A stretch of DNA of 64,000 nucleotides, from assembly GCA_951406725.2 (NCBI GenBank), contig OX597820.1, forward strand, positions 100,068,001 through 100,132,000. The letters are read 5' to 3'. This document shows positions 28,162 through 42,033 of this stretch, in pieces. A model generated the notes under the pieces. That model saw only the letters and a list, made by a program, of their open reading frames with translations. It was not told the origin of the DNA and searched no databases. The stretch comes from Octopus vulgaris (Eukaryota). The position numbers and the translations under genes are program-made. The first letter of the stretch is position 1. Each line of letters begins with the position of its first letter.

Positions 28162-29561
28162 ATGGCGACTTACGCGGGGGTCACGGGAAAGAATAATAAC
28201 GATTCGGCAATAATCGTGAAGGATGTTTTCTTTGAGAAAAGTAAAATCAAAGAATATGAAAAGCTATTCAAAAGGGAGGGTGATAGCGTGAAGCTAATCC
28301 CCCCGCGAAAGCAAAGGAGGACAAGGAAAACAAAACTGTAACGTATAGAACCCAGGACAAAAGTACAAAGAAACTGGCAAGAGTGGAGATAGCAGAGATC
28401 GAAAAATGTCTGGGAGACATAATGAATAAATCGACCTACGTGAGTAGAGGAAAAAAATTTGGTACGGTAGAGGTGAGATGTGCAACGGAAGAAATTGCAG
28501 CCTCACTGGCTACCACTGTTCTAAGAGCGGAAACATTTATAATGTGGCCCTCATACAAGGGAAGAAGAGGGGTCCGGGTTAAAATCCCGAATATACCCCC
28601 AGAAGTAAAAACAGAATGGCTGGCAACAGCTATTCTAGGAGCAGCAGAAGAGGAAGTGGAGGTGGAATCCTTTAAGGAGTCCAACGCAGTAAATTGGAGA
28701 GGATATGGGGTAGAACTGTGTTTGATGGCCACAAAAGAGGACATTGAAAGGTTCCCCTATAGAATAGAAATCGAAGACGAGAAAACCCTCAGTGTAATTG
28801 TAGAGGGAAGAAAGCCAAACTGCTACTTGTGCGGGACAAGGGGGCACATTAAAAAAGAGTGCCCGTTATATGAATTCATGGCGGAGTATGAGAAGGAAAT
28901 TGAAGAAAAGAAGAATACGGTAAATGAAAAAGAAAACATAGAAAAGGAGACAAAACAACAAGAGAAAGGAAATAATAAGTCAACGAAGGAAAAAGAAATA
29001 AAAGAAAAGAAAGAAATAGAACCAAAACAGAGTCAGGAAAAGAAAAAGGAAAAAGAAACAACAGGAAAAAAACAAGAGAGAGAACAGAATCAAACGAAAA
29101 GAAAAGACGGCACACAAAAAGAAAAAGAAAAGGAACATAAAACACGAGAGAAAGAGAGAACAGACAAAGAACCAAAAAGACAAGAGAAGGAAGAAGAAAG
29201 AAAAGAAGGCAAAAAGAGAGAAAGAGAGAAACAAAGAGAGGAGAACAAGGAAGAAGTAAGCCCGAAAAGAAAAACGAGAGAAAACGTAGGACGGAAACAA
29301 GATTACTACAAGTTAATAACCTTCCATTTCAGCCCCGAAATGAAGGAATTGACATGTAGTATGGAGGGACATGTGTGGGTCAACAGGATGACTGATCAGT
29401 GGCAGGAGACTGCTCTGATCCCCGAAGAAAGAGTCGCTGAGTTCCTCAGAGCAGCTGGAGAGAGTGTAATTTTTTACACGGGTGTTCGAGTGAAAGAGCG
29501 GCTGCCTGAGGGCTCAGTGATTGACTTTAGAGACTTGAAAAGTATTATGGAATACGTGTGA
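28162..29561 (+). CDS. ORF1-like protein, copy 6 (single C-run frameshift)
   Basis: 392 aa open from 28383. Confidence 0.75.
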
Positions 29562-29942
29562 GATTGTGAGAGGAGAGAGAAGAAAGAAGAGAAAAAAAAA
29601 AAAAAATGTGAACTATATGTGACGAAAATGTAACCTCTCGATTCCGGGGATCGAGTGGGCATTTGCATCTCATTGTAAATATTCTTTCATTTGTCATTTT
29701 TTATTTTTATTTTTTCCCTTCTTGTCATTTCGCTTTCTTATTTTAAGTTCCCCGATTGTATTGTCCCCTCTATGTTCGCCCCTTGTGGGTAGTAATAAAA
29801 TCACAGCGAGGAAATTTACCCACGTGTGTTGTTATCTGTGATTAGAAGTTGAAATTTTGTTGTGTAAAGTGATTAATATCGCGCGAGGCGTTTGCCTCCA
29901 CGTTTGGAAACCTTCTGAAGAAGGTGAATTGACCCTCTAGTC

Positions 29943-31343
29943 ATGGCGACTTACGCGGGGGTCACGGGAAAGAATAATAACGATTCGGCAATAATCGTGA
30001 AGGATGTTTTCTTTGAGAAAAGTAAAATCAAAGAATATGAAAAGCTATTCAAAAGGGAGGGTGATAGCGTGAAGCTAATCCCCCCCGCGAAAGCAAAGGA
30101 GGACAAGGAAAACAAAACTGTAACGTATAGAACCCAGGACAAAAGTACAAAGAAACTGGCAAGAGTGGAGATAGCAGAGATCGAAAAATGTCTGGGAGAC
30201 ATAATGAATAAATCGACCTACGTGAGTAGAGGAAAAAAATTTGGTACGGTAGAGGTGAGATGTGCAACGGAAGAAATTGCAGCCTCACTGGCTACCACTG
30301 TTCTAAGAGCGGAAACATTTATAATGTGGCCCTCATACAAGGGAAGAAGAGGGGTCCGGGTTAAAATCCCGAATATACCCCCAGAAGTAAAAACAGAATG
30401 GCTGGCAACAGCTATTCTAGGAGCAGCAGAAGAGGAAGTGGAGGTGGAATCCTTTAAGGAGTCCAACGCAGTAAATTGGAGAGGATATGGGGTAGAACTG
30501 TGTTTGATGGCCACAAAAGAGGACATTGAAAGGTTCCCCTATAGAATAGAAATCGAAGACGAGAAAACCCTCAGTGTAATTGTAGAGGGAAGAAAGCCAA
30601 ACTGCTACTTGTGCGGGACAAGGGGGCACATTAAAAAAGAGTGCCCGTTATATGAATTCATGGCGGAGTATGAGAAGGAAATTGAAGAAAAGAAGAATAC
30701 GGTAAATGAAAAAGAAAACATAGAAAAGGAGACAAAACAACAAGAGAAAGGAAATAATAAGTCAACGAAGGAAAAAGAAATAAAAGAAAAGAAAGAAATA
30801 GAACCAAAACAGAGTCAGGAAAAGAAAAAGGAAAAAGAAACAACAGGAAAAAAACAAGAGAGAGAACAGAATCAAACGAAAAGAAAAGACGGCACACAAA
30901 AAGAAAAAGAAAAGGAACATAAAACACGAGAGAAAGAGAGAACAGACAAAGAACCAAAAAGACAAGAGAAGGAAGAAGAAAGAAAAGAAGGCAAAAAGAG
31001 AGAAAGAGAGAAACAAAGAGAGGAGAACAAGGAAGAAGTAAGCCCGAAAAGAAAAACGAGAGAAAACGTAGGACGGAAACAAGATTACTACAAGTTAATA
31101 ACCTTCCATTTCAGCCCCGAAATGAAGGAATTGACATGTAGTATGGAGGGACATGTGTGGGTCAACAGGATGACTGATCAGTGGCAGGAGACTGCTCTGA
31201 TCCCCGAAGAAAGAGTCGCTGAGTTCCTCAGAGCAGCTGGAGAGAGTGTAATTTTTTACACGGGTGTTCGAGTGAAAGAGCGGCTGCCTGAGGGCTCAGT
31301 GATTGACTTTAGAGACTTGAAAAGTATTATGGAATACGTGTGA
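29943..31343 (+). CDS. Intact 466 aa LINE ORF1-like protein, copy 7 (RRM-like region, CCHC knuckle, K/E-rich linker, ~90 aa C-terminal domain)
   Basis: Uninterrupted MATYAGVTG...SIMEYV; CX2CX4HX4C near 30603-30644. Motifs RGKKFGTVEVR, NIPPE and VEGRKP are shared with the ORF1 of the adjacent LINE. The RRM call is inference. Confidence 0.9.
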   Translation: MATYAGVTGKNNNDSAIIVKDVFFEKSKIKEYEKLFKREGDSVKLIPPAKAKEDKENKTVTYRTQDKSTKKLARVEIAEIEKCLGDIMNKSTYVSRGKKFGTVEVRCATEEIAASLATTVLRAETFIMWPSYKGRRGVRVKIPNIPPEVKTEWLATAILGAAEEEVEVESFKESNAVNWRGYGVELCLMATKEDIERFPYRIEIEDEKTLSVIVEGRKPNCYLCGTRGHIKKECPLYEFMAEYEKEIEEKKNTVNEKENIEKETKQQEKGNNKSTKEKEIKEKKEIEPKQSQEKKKEKETTGKKQEREQNQTKRKDGTQKEKEKEHKTREKERTDKEPKRQEKEEERKEGKKREREKQREENKEEVSPKRKTRENVGRKQDYYKLITFHFSPEMKELTCSMEGHVWVNRMTDQWQETALIPEERVAEFLRAAGESVIFYTGVRVKERLPEGSVIDFRDLKSIMEYV

Positions 31344-31725
31344 GATTGTGAGAGGAGAGAGAAGAAAGAAGAGAAAAAAGAAAAAAAAATGTGAACTATA
31401 TGTGACGAAAATGTAACCTCTCGATTCCGGGGATCGAGTGGGCATTTGCATCTCATTGTAAATATTCTTTCATTTGTCATTTTTTATTTTTATTTTTTCC
31501 CTTCTTGTCATTTCGCTTTCTTATTTTAAGTTCCCCGATTGTATTGTCCCCTCTATGTTCGCCCCTTGTGGGTAGTAATAAAATCACAGCGAGGAAATTT
31601 ACCCACGTGTGTTGTTATCTGTGATTAGAAGTTGAAATTTTGTTGTGTAAAGTGATTAATATCGCGCGAGGCGTTTGCCTCCACGTTTGGAAACCTTCTG
31701 AAGAAGGTGAATTGACCCTCTAGTC

Positions 31726-33124
31726 ATGGCGACTTACGCGGGGGTCACGGGAAAGAATAATAACGATTCGGCAATAATCGTGAAGGATGTTTTCTTTGAG
31801 AAAAGTAAAATCAAAGAATATGAAAAGCTATTCAAAAGGGAGGGTGATAGCGTGAAGCTAATCCCCCCGCGAAAGCAAAGGAGGACAAGGAAAACAAAAC
31901 TGTAACGTATAGAACCCAGGACAAAAGTACAAAGAAACTGGCAAGAGTGGAGATAGCAGAGATCGAAAAATGTCTGGGAGACATAATGAATAAATCGACC
32001 TACGTGAGTAGAGGAAAAAATTTGGTACGGTAGAGGTGAGATGTGCAACGGAAGAAATTGCAGCCTCACTGGCTACCACTGTTCTAAGAGCGGAAACATT
32101 TATAATGTGGCCCTCATACAAGGGAAGAAGAGGGGTCCGGGTTAAAATCCCGAATATACCCCCAGAAGTAAAAACAGAATGGCTGGCAACAGCTATTCTA
32201 GGAGCAGCAGAAGAGGAAGTGGAGGTGGAATCCTTTAAGGAGTCCAACGCAGTAAATTGGAGAGGATATGGGGTAGAACTGTGTTTGATGGCCACAAAAG
32301 AGGACATTGAAAGGTTCCCCTATAGAATAGAAATCGAAGACGAGAAAACCCTCAGTGTAATTGTAGAGGGAAGAAAGCCAAACTGCTACTTGTGCGGGAC
32401 AAGGGGGCACATTAAAAAAGAGTGCCCGTTATATGAATTCATGGCGGAGTATGAGAAGGAAATTGAAGAAAAGAAGAATACGGTAAATGAAAAAGAAAAC
32501 ATAGAAAAGGAGACAAAACAACAAGAGAAAGGAAATAATAAGTCAACGAAGGAAAAAGAAATAAAAGAAAAGAAAGAAATAGAACCAAAACAGAGTCAGG
32601 AAAAGAAAAAGGAAAAAGAAACAACAGGAAAAAAACAAGAGAGAGAACAGAATCAAACGAAAAGAAAAGACGGCACACAAAAAGAAAAAGAAAAGGAACA
32701 TAAAACACGAGAGAAAGAGAGAACAGACAAAGAACCAAAAAGACAAGAGAAGGAAGAAGAAAGAAAAGAAGGCAAAAAGAGAGAAAGAGAGAAACAAAGA
32801 GAGGAGAACAAGGAAGAAGTAAGCCCGAAAAGAAAAACGAGAGAAAACGTAGGACGGAAACAAGATTACTACAAGTTAATAACCTTCCATTTCAGCCCCG
32901 AAATGAAGGAATTGACATGTAGTATGGAGGGACATGTGTGGGTCAACAGGATGACTGATCAGTGGCAGGAGACTGCTCTGATCCCCGAAGAAAGAGTCGC
33001 TGAGTTCCTCAGAGCAGCTGGAGAGAGTGTAATTTTTTACACGGGTGTTCGAGTGAAAGAGCGGCTGCCTGAGGGCTCAGTGATTGACTTTAGAGACTTG
33101 AAAAGTATTATGGAATACGTGTGA
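31726..33124 (+). CDS. ORF1-like protein, copy 8 (frameshifted)
   Basis: C6 and -1 A; 362 aa open from 32036. Confidence 0.7.
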
Positions 33125-33505
33125 GATTGTGAGAGGAGAGAGAAGAAAGAAGAGAAAAAAGAAAAAAAATGTGAACTATATGTGACGAAAATGTAACCTC
33201 TCGATTCCGGGGATCGAGTGGGCATTTGCATCTCATTGTAAATATTCTTTCATTTGTCATTTTTTATTTTTATTTTTTCCCTTCTTGTCATTTCGCTTTC
33301 TTATTTTAAGTTCCCCGATTGTATTGTCCCCTCTATGTTCGCCCCTTGTGGGTAGTAATAAAATCACAGCGAGGAAATTTACCCACGTGTGTTGTTATCT
33401 GTGATTAGAAGTTGAAATTTTGTTGTGTAAAGTGATTAATATCGCGCGAGGCGTTTGCCTCCACGTTTGGAAACCTTCTGAAGAAGGTGAATTGACCCTC
33501 TAGTC

Positions 33506-34908
33506 ATGGCGACTTACGCGGGGGTCACGGGAAAGAATAATAACGATTCGGCAATAATCGTGAAGGATGTTTTCTTTGAGAAAAGTAAAATCAAAGAATA
33601 TGAAAAGCTATTCAAAAGGGAGGGTGATAGCGTGAAGCTAATCCCCCCCGCGAAAGCAAAGGAGGACAAGGAAAACAAAACTGTAACGTATAGAACCCAG
33701 GACAAAAGTACAAAGAAACTGGCAAGAGTGGAGATAGCAGAGATCGAAAAATGTCTGGGAGACATAATGAATAAATCGACCTACGTGAGTAGAGGAAAAA
33801 AATTTGGTACGGTAGAGGTGAGATGTGCAACGGAAGAAATTGCAGCCTCACTGGCTACCACTGTTCTAAGAGCGGAAACATTTATAATGTGGCCCTCATA
33901 CAAGGGAAGAAGAGGGGTCCGGGTTAAAATCCCGAATATACCCCCAGAAGTAAAAACAGAATGGCTGGCAACAGCTATTCTAGGAGCAGCAGAAGAGGAA
34001 GTGGAGGTGGAATCCTTTAAGGAGTCCAACGCAGTAAATTGGAGAGGATATGGGGTAGAACTGTGTTTGATGGCCACAAAAGAGGACATTGAAAGGTTCC
34101 CCTATAGAATAGAAATCGAAGACGAGAAAACCCTCAGTGTAATTGTAGAGGGAAGAAAGCCAAACTGCTACTTGTGCGGGACAAGGGGGCACATTAAAAA
34201 AGAGTGCCCGTTATATGAATTCATGGCGGAGTATGAGAAGGAAATTGAAGAAAAGAAGAATACGGTAAATGAAAAAGAAAACATAGAAAAGGAGACAAAA
34301 CAACAAGAGAAAGGAAATAATAAGTCAACGAAGGAAAAAGAAATAAAAGAAAAGAAAGAAATAGAACCAAAACAGAGTCAGGAAAAGAAAAAGGAAAAAG
34401 AAACAACAGGAAAAAAACAAGAGAGAGAACAGAATCAAACGAAAAGAAAAGACGGCACACAAAAAAAGAAAAAGAAAAGGAACATAAAACACGAGAGAAA
34501 GAGAGAACAGACAAAGAACCAAAAAGACAAGAGAAGGAAGAAGAAAGAAAAGAAGGCAAAAAGAGAGAAAGAGAGAAACAAAGAGAGGAGAACAAGGAAG
34601 AAGTAAGCCCGAAAAGAAAAACGAGAGAAAACGTAGGACGGAAACAAGATTACTACAAGTTAATAACCTTCCATTTCAGCCCCGAAATGAAGGAATTGAC
34701 ATGTAGTATGGAGGGACATGTGTGGGTCAACAGGATGACTGATCAGTGGCAGGAGACTGCTCTGATCCCCGAAGAAAGAGTCGCTGAGTTCCTCAGAGCA
34801 GCTGGAGAGAGTGTAATTTTTTACACGGGTGTTCGAGTGAAAGAGCGGCTGCCTGAGGGCTCAGTGATTGACTTTAGAGACTTGAAAAGTATTATGGAAT
34901 ACGTGTGA
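33506..34908 (+). CDS. ORF1-like protein, copy 9 (A-run frameshift)
   Basis: C7 intact; +2 A near 34465. Confidence 0.75.
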
Positions 34909-35288
34909 GATTGTGAGAGGAGAGAGAAGAAAGAAGAGAAAAAAAAAAAAAATGTGAACTATATGTGACGAAAATGTAACCTCTCGATTCCGGGGATCGA
35001 GTGGGCATTTGCATCTCATTGTAAATATTCTTTCATTTGTCATTTTTTATTTTTATTTTTTCCCTTCTTGTCATTTCGCTTTCTTATTTTAAGTTCCCCG
35101 ATTGTATTGTCCCCTCTATGTTCGCCCCTTGTGGGTAGTAATAAAATCACAGCGAGGAAATTTACCCACGTGTGTTGTTATCTGTGATTAGAAGTTGAAA
35201 TTTTGTTGTGTAAAGTGATTAATATCGCGCGAGGCGTTTGCCTCCACGTTTGGAAACCTTCTGAAGAAGGTGAATTGACCCTCTAGTC

Positions 35289-36686
35289 ATGGCGACTTAC
35301 GCGGGGGTCACGGGAAAGAATAATAACGATTCGGCAATAATCGTGAAGGATGTTTTCTTTGAGAAAAGTAAAATCAAAGAATATGAAAAGCTATTCAAAA
35401 GGGAGGGTGATAGCGTGAAGCTAATCCCCCCGCGAAAGCAAAGGAGGACAAGGAAAACAAAACTGTAACGTATAGAACCCAGGACAAAAGTACAAAGAAA
35501 CTGGCAAGAGTGGAGATAGCAGAGATCGAAAAATGTCTGGGAGACATAATGAATAAATCGACCTACGTGAGTAGAGGAAAAATTTGGTACGGTAGAGGTG
35601 AGATGTGCAACGGAAGAAATTGCAGCCTCACTGGCTACCACTGTTCTAAGAGCGGAAACATTTATAATGTGGCCCTCATACAAGGGAAGAAGAGGGGTCC
35701 GGGTTAAAATCCCGAATATACCCCCAGAAGTAAAAACAGAATGGCTGGCAACAGCTATTCTAGGAGCAGCAGAAGAGGAAGTGGAGGTGGAATCCTTTAA
35801 GGAGTCCAACGCAGTAAATTGGAGAGGATATGGGGTAGAACTGTGTTTGATGGCCACAAAAGAGGACATTGAAAGGTTCCCCTATAGAATAGAAATCGAA
35901 GACGAGAAAACCCTCAGTGTAATTGTAGAGGGAAGAAAGCCAAACTGCTACTTGTGCGGGACAAGGGGGCACATTAAAAAAGAGTGCCCGTTATATGAAT
36001 TCATGGCGGAGTATGAGAAGGAAATTGAAGAAAAGAAGAATACGGTAAATGAAAAAGAAAACATAGAAAAGGAGACAAAACAACAAGAGAAAGGAAATAA
36101 TAAGTCAACGAAGGAAAAAGAAATAAAAGAAAAGAAAGAAATAGAACCAAAACAGAGTCAGGAAAAGAAAAAGGAAAAAGAAACAACAGGAAAAAAACAA
36201 GAGAGAGAACAGAATCAAACGAAAAGAAAAGACGGCACACAAAAAGAAAAAGAAAAGGAACATAAAACACGAGAGAAAGAGAGAACAGACAAAGAACCAA
36301 AAAGACAAGAGAAGGAAGAAGAAAGAAAAGAAGGCAAAAAGAGAGAAAGAGAGAAACAAAGAGAGGAGAACAAGGAAGAAGTAAGCCCGAAAAGAAAAAC
36401 GAGAGAAAACGTAGGACGGAAACAAGATTACTACAAGTTAATAACCTTCCATTTCAGCCCCGAAATGAAGGAATTGACATGTAGTATGGAGGGACATGTG
36501 TGGGTCAACAGGATGACTGATCAGTGGCAGGAGACTGCTCTGATCCCCGAAGAAAGAGTCGCTGAGTTCCTCAGAGCAGCTGGAGAGAGTGTAATTTTTT
36601 ACACGGGTGTTCGAGTGAAAGAGCGGCTGCCTGAGGGCTCAGTGATTGACTTTAGAGACTTGAAAAGTATTATGGAATACGTGTGA
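35289..36686 (+). CDS. ORF1-like protein, copy 10 (frameshifted)
   Basis: C6 and -2 A. Confidence 0.7.
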
Positions 36687-37070
36687 GATTGTGAGAGGAG
36701 AGAGAAGAAAGAAGAGAAAAAAGGAAAAAAAAAATTGTGAACTATATGTGACGAAAATGTAACCTCTCGATTCCGGGGATCGAGTGGGCATTTGCATCTC
36801 ATTGTAAATATTCTTTCATTTGTCATTTTTATTTTTATTTTTTCCCTTCTTGTCATTTCGCTTTCTTATTTTAAGTTCCCCGATTGTATTGTCCCCTCTA
36901 TGTTCGCCCCTTGTGGGTAGTAATAAAATCACAGCGAGGAAATTTACCCACGTGTGTTGTTATCTGTGATTAGAAGTTGAAATTTTGTTGTGTAAAGTGA
37001 TTAATATCGCGCGAGGCGTTTGCCTCCACGTTTGGAAACCTTCAGAAGAAGGTGAATTGACCCTCTAGTC

Positions 37071-38471
37071 ATGGCGACTTACGCGGGGGTCACGGGAAAG
37101 AATAATAATGATTCGGCAATAATAGTGAAGGATGTTTTCTTTGAGAAAAGTAAAATCAAAGAATACGAAAAGCTATTCAAAAGGGAGGGTGATAGCGTGA
37201 AGCTAATCCCCCCCGCGAAAGCAAAGGAGGACAAGGAAAACAAAACTGTAACGTATAGAACCCAGGATAAAAGTACAAAGAAACTGGCAAGAGTGGAGAT
37301 AGCAGAGATCGAAAAATGTCTGGGAGACATAATGAATAAATCGACCTACGTGAGTAGAGGAAAAAAATTTGGTACGGCGGAGGTGAGATGTGCAACGGAA
37401 GAAATTGCAGCCTCACTGGCTACCACTGTTCTAAGAGCGGAAACATTTATAATGTGGCCCTCATACAAGGGAAGAAGAGGGGTCCGGGTTAAAATCCCGA
37501 ATATACCCCCAGAAGTTAAAACAGAATGGCTGGCAACAGCTATTCTAGGAGCAGCAGAAGAGGAAGTGGAGGTGGAATCCTTTAAGGAGTCCAACGCAGT
37601 AAATTGGAGAGGATATGGGGTAGAACTGTGTTTGATGGCCACAAAAGAGGACATTGAAAGGTTCCCCTATAGAATAGAAATCGAAGACGAGAAAACCCTC
37701 AGTGTAATTGTAGAGGGAAGAAAGCCAAACTGCTATTTGTGCGGGACAAGGGGGCACATTAAAAAAGAGTGCCCGTTATATGAATTCATGGCGGAGTATG
37801 AGAAGGAAATTGAAGAAAAGAAGAATACGGTAAATGAAAAAGAAAACATAGAAAAGGAGACAAAACAACAAGAGAAAGGAAATAATAAGTCAACGAAGGA
37901 AAAAGAAATAAAAGAAAAGAAAGAAATAGAACCAAAACAGAGTCAGGAAAAGAAAAAGGAAAAAGAAACAACAGGAAAAAAATAAGAGAGAGAACAGAAT
38001 CAAACGAAAAGAAGAGACGGCACACAAAAAGAAAAAGAAAAGGAACATAAAACACGAGAAAAAGAGAGAACAGACAAAGAACCAAAAAGACAAGAGAAGG
38101 AAGAAGAAAGAAAAGAAGGCAAAAAGAGAGAAAGAGAGAAACAAAGAGAGGAGAACAAGGAAGAAATAAGCCCGAAAAGAAAAACGAGAGAAAACGTAGG
38201 ACGGAAACAAGATTACTACAAGTTAATAACCTTCCATTTCAGCCCCGAAATGAAGGAATTGACATGTAGTATGGAGGGACATGTGTGGGTCAACAGGATG
38301 ACTGATCAGTGGCAGGAGACTGCTCTGATCCCCGAAGAAAGAGTCGCTGAGTTCCTCAGAGCAGCTGGAGAGAGTGTAATTTTTTACACGGGTGTTCGAG
38401 TGAAAGAGCGGCTGCCTGAGGGCTCAGTGATTGACTTTAGAGACTTGAAAAGTATTATGGAATACGTGTGA
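37071..38471 (+). pseudogene. ORF1-like copy 11 with nonsense change
   Basis: Full 1401 nt length, but CAA>TAA at 37983-37985 truncates it at 304 aa. Confidence 0.7.
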
Positions 38472-38852
38472 GATTGTGAGAGGAGAGAGAAGAAAGAAGA
38501 GAAAAAAGAAAAAAAAATTGTGAACTTTATGTGACGAAAATGTAACCTCTCGATTCCGGGGATCGAGTGGGCATTTGCATCTCATTGTAAATATTCTTTC
38601 ATTTGTCATTTTTATTTTTATTTTTTCCTTCTTGTCATTTCGCTTTCTTATTTTAAGTTCCCCGATTGTATTGTCCCCTCTATGTTCGCCCCTTGTGGGT
38701 AGTAATAAAATCACAGCGAGGAAATTTACCCACGTGTGTTGTTATCTGTGATTAGACATTGAAATTTTGTTGTGTAAAGTGATTAATATCGCGCGAGGCG
38801 TTTGCCTCCACGTTTGGAAACCTTCAGAAGAAGGTGAATTGACCCTCTAGTC

Positions 38853-40252
38853 ATGGCGACTTACGCGGGGGTCACGGGAAAGAATAATAATGATTCGGCA
38901 ATAATCGTGAAGGATGTTTTCTTTGAGAAAAGTAAAATCAAGGAATACGAAAAGCTATTCAAAAGGGAGGGTGATAGCGTGAAGCTAATCCCCCCGCGAA
39001 AGCAAAGGAGGACAAGGAAAACAAAACTGTAACGTATAGAACCCAGGACAAAAGTACAAAGAAACTGGCAAGAGTGGAGATAGCAGAGATCGAAAAATGT
39101 CTGGGAGACATAATGAATAAATCGACCTACGTGAGTAGAGGAAAAAAATTTGGTACGGTAGAGGTGAGATGTGCAACGGAAGAAATTGCAGCCTCACTGG
39201 CTACCACTGTTCTAAGAGCGGAAACATTTATAATGTGGCCCTCATACAAGGGAAGAAGAGGGGTCCGGGTTAAAATCCCGAATATACCCCCAGAAGTAAA
39301 AACAGAATGGCTGGCAACAGCTATTCTAGGAGCAGCAGAAGAGGAAGTGGAGGTGGAATCCTTTAAGGAGTCCAACGCAGTAAATTGGAGAGGATATGGG
39401 GTAGAACTGTGTTTGATGGCCACAAAAGAGGACATTGAAAGGTTCCCCTATAGAATAGAAATCGAAGACGAGAAAACCCTCAGTGTAATTGTAGAGGGAA
39501 GAAAGCCAAACTGCTACTTGTGCGGGACAAGGGGGCACATTAAAAAAGAGTGCCCGTTATATGAATTCATGGCGGAGTTTGAGAAGGAAACTGAAGAAAA
39601 GAAGAATACGGTAAATGAAAAAGAAAACATAGAAAAGGAGACAAAACAACAAGAGAAAGGAAATAATAAGTCAACGAAGGAAAAAGAAATAAAAGAAAAG
39701 AAAGAAATAGAACCAAAACAGAGTCAGGAAAAGAAAAAGGAAAAAGAAACAACAGGAAAAAAACAAGAGAGAGAACAGAATCAAACGAAAAGAAAAGACG
39801 GCACACAAAAAGAAAAAGAAAAGGAACATAAAACACGAGAGAAAGAGAGAACAGACAAAGAACCAAAAAGACAAGAGAAGGAAGAAGAAAGAAAAGAAGG
39901 CAAAAAGAGAGAAAGAGAGAAACAAAGAGAGGAGAACAAGGAAGAAGTAAGCCCGAAAAGAAAAACGAGAGAAAACGTAGGACGGAAACAAGATTACTAC
40001 AAGTTAATAACCTTCCATTTCAGCCCCGAAATGAAGGAATTGACATGTAGTATGGAGGGACATGTGTGGGTCAACAGGATGACTGATCAGTGGCAGGAGA
40101 CTGCTCTGATCCCCGAAGAAAGAGTCGCTGAGTTCCTCAGAGCAGCTGGAGAGAGTGTAATTTTTTACACGGGTGTTCGAGTGAAAGAGCGGCTGCCTGA
40201 GGGCTCAGTGATTGACTTTAGAGACTTGAAAAGTATTATGGAATACGTGTGA
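38853..40252 (+). CDS. ORF1-like protein, copy 12 (single C-run frameshift)
   Basis: 392 aa open from 39074. Confidence 0.75.
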
Positions 40253-40634
40253 GATTGTGAGAGGAGAGAGAAGAAAGAAGAGAAAAAAGAAAAAAAAAAT
40301 TGTGAACTATATGTGACGAAAATGTAACCTCTCGATTCCGGGGATCGAGTGGGCATTTGCATCTCATTGTAAATATTCTTTCATTTGTCATTTTTATTTT
40401 TATTTTTTCCTTCTTGTCATTTCGCTTTCTTATTTTAAGTTCCCCGATTGTATTGTCCCCTCTATGTTCGCCCCTTGTGGGTAGTAATAAAATCACAGCG
40501 AGGAAATTTACCCACGTGTGTTGTTATCTGTGATTAGAAGTTGAAATTTTGTTGTGTAAAGTGATTAATATCGCGCGAGGCGTTTGCCTCCACGTTTGGA
40601 AACCTTCTGAAGAAGGTGAATTGACCCTCTAGTC

Positions 40635-42033
40635 ATGGCGACTTACGCGGGGGTCACGGGAAAGAATAATAACGATTCGGCAATAATCGTGAAGGATGTT
40701 TTCTTTGAGAAAAGTAAAATCAAAGAATATGAAAAGCTATTCAAAAGGGAGGGTGATAGCGTGAAGCTAATCCCCCCGCGAAAGCAAAGGAGGACAAGGA
40801 AAACAAAACTGTAACGTATAGAACCCAGGACAAAAGTACAAAGAAACTGGCAAGAGTGGAGATAGCAGAGATCGAAAAATGTCTGGGAGACATAATGAAT
40901 AAATCGACCTACGTGAGTAGAGGAAAAAATTTGGTACGGTAGAGGTGAGATGTGCAACGGAAGAAATTGCAGCCTCACTGGCTACCACTGTTCTAAGAGC
41001 GGAAACATTTATAATGTGGCCCTCATACAAGGGAAGAAGAGGGGTCCGGGTTAAAATCCCGAATATACCCCCAGAAGTAAAAACAGAATGGCTGGCAACA
41101 GCTATTCTAGGAGCAGCAGAAGAGGAAGTGGAGGTGGAATCCTTTAAGGAGTCCAACGCAGTAAATTGGAGAGGATATGGGGTAGAACTGTGTTTGATGG
41201 CCACAAAAGAGGACATTGAAAGGTTCCCCTATAGAATAGAAATCGAAGACGAGAAAACCCTCAGTGTAATTGTAGAGGGAAGAAAGCCAAACTGCTACTT
41301 GTGCGGGACAAGGGGGCACATTAAAAAAGAGTGCCCGTTATATGAATTCATGGCGGAGTATGAGAAGGAAATTGAAGAAAAGAAGAATACGGTAAATGAA
41401 AAAGAAAACATAGAAAAGGAGACAAAACAACAAGAGAAAGGAAATAATAAGTCAACGAAGGAAAAAGAAATAAAAGAAAAGAAAGAAATAGAACCAAAAC
41501 AGAGTCAGGAAAAGAAAAAGGAAAAAGAAACAACAGGAAAAAAACAAGAGAGAGAACAGAATCAAACGAAAAGAAAAGACGGCACACAAAAAGAAAAAGA
41601 AAAGGAACATAAAACACGAGAGAAAGAGAGAACAGACAAAGAACCAAAAAGACAAGAGAAGGAAGAAGAAAGAAAAGAAGGCAAAAAGAGAGAAAGAGAG
41701 AAACAAAGAGAGGAGAACAAGGAAGAAGTAAGCCCGAAAAGAAAAACGAGAGAAAACGTAGGACGGAAACAAGATTACTACAAGTTAATAACCTTCCATT
41801 TCAGCCCCGAAATGAAGGAATTGACATGTAGTATGGAGGGACATGTGTGGGTCAACAGGATGACTGATCAGTGGCAGGAGACTGCTCTGATCCCCGAAGA
41901 AAGAGTCGCTGAGTTCCTCAGAGCAGCTGGAGAGAGTGTAATTTTTTACACGGGTGTTCGAGTGAAAGAGCGGCTGCCTGAGGGCTCAGTGATTGACTTT
42001 AGAGACTTGAAAAGTATTATGGAATACGTGTGA
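40635..42033 (+). CDS. ORF1-like protein, copy 13 (frameshifted)
   Basis: C6 and -1 A. Confidence 0.7.
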
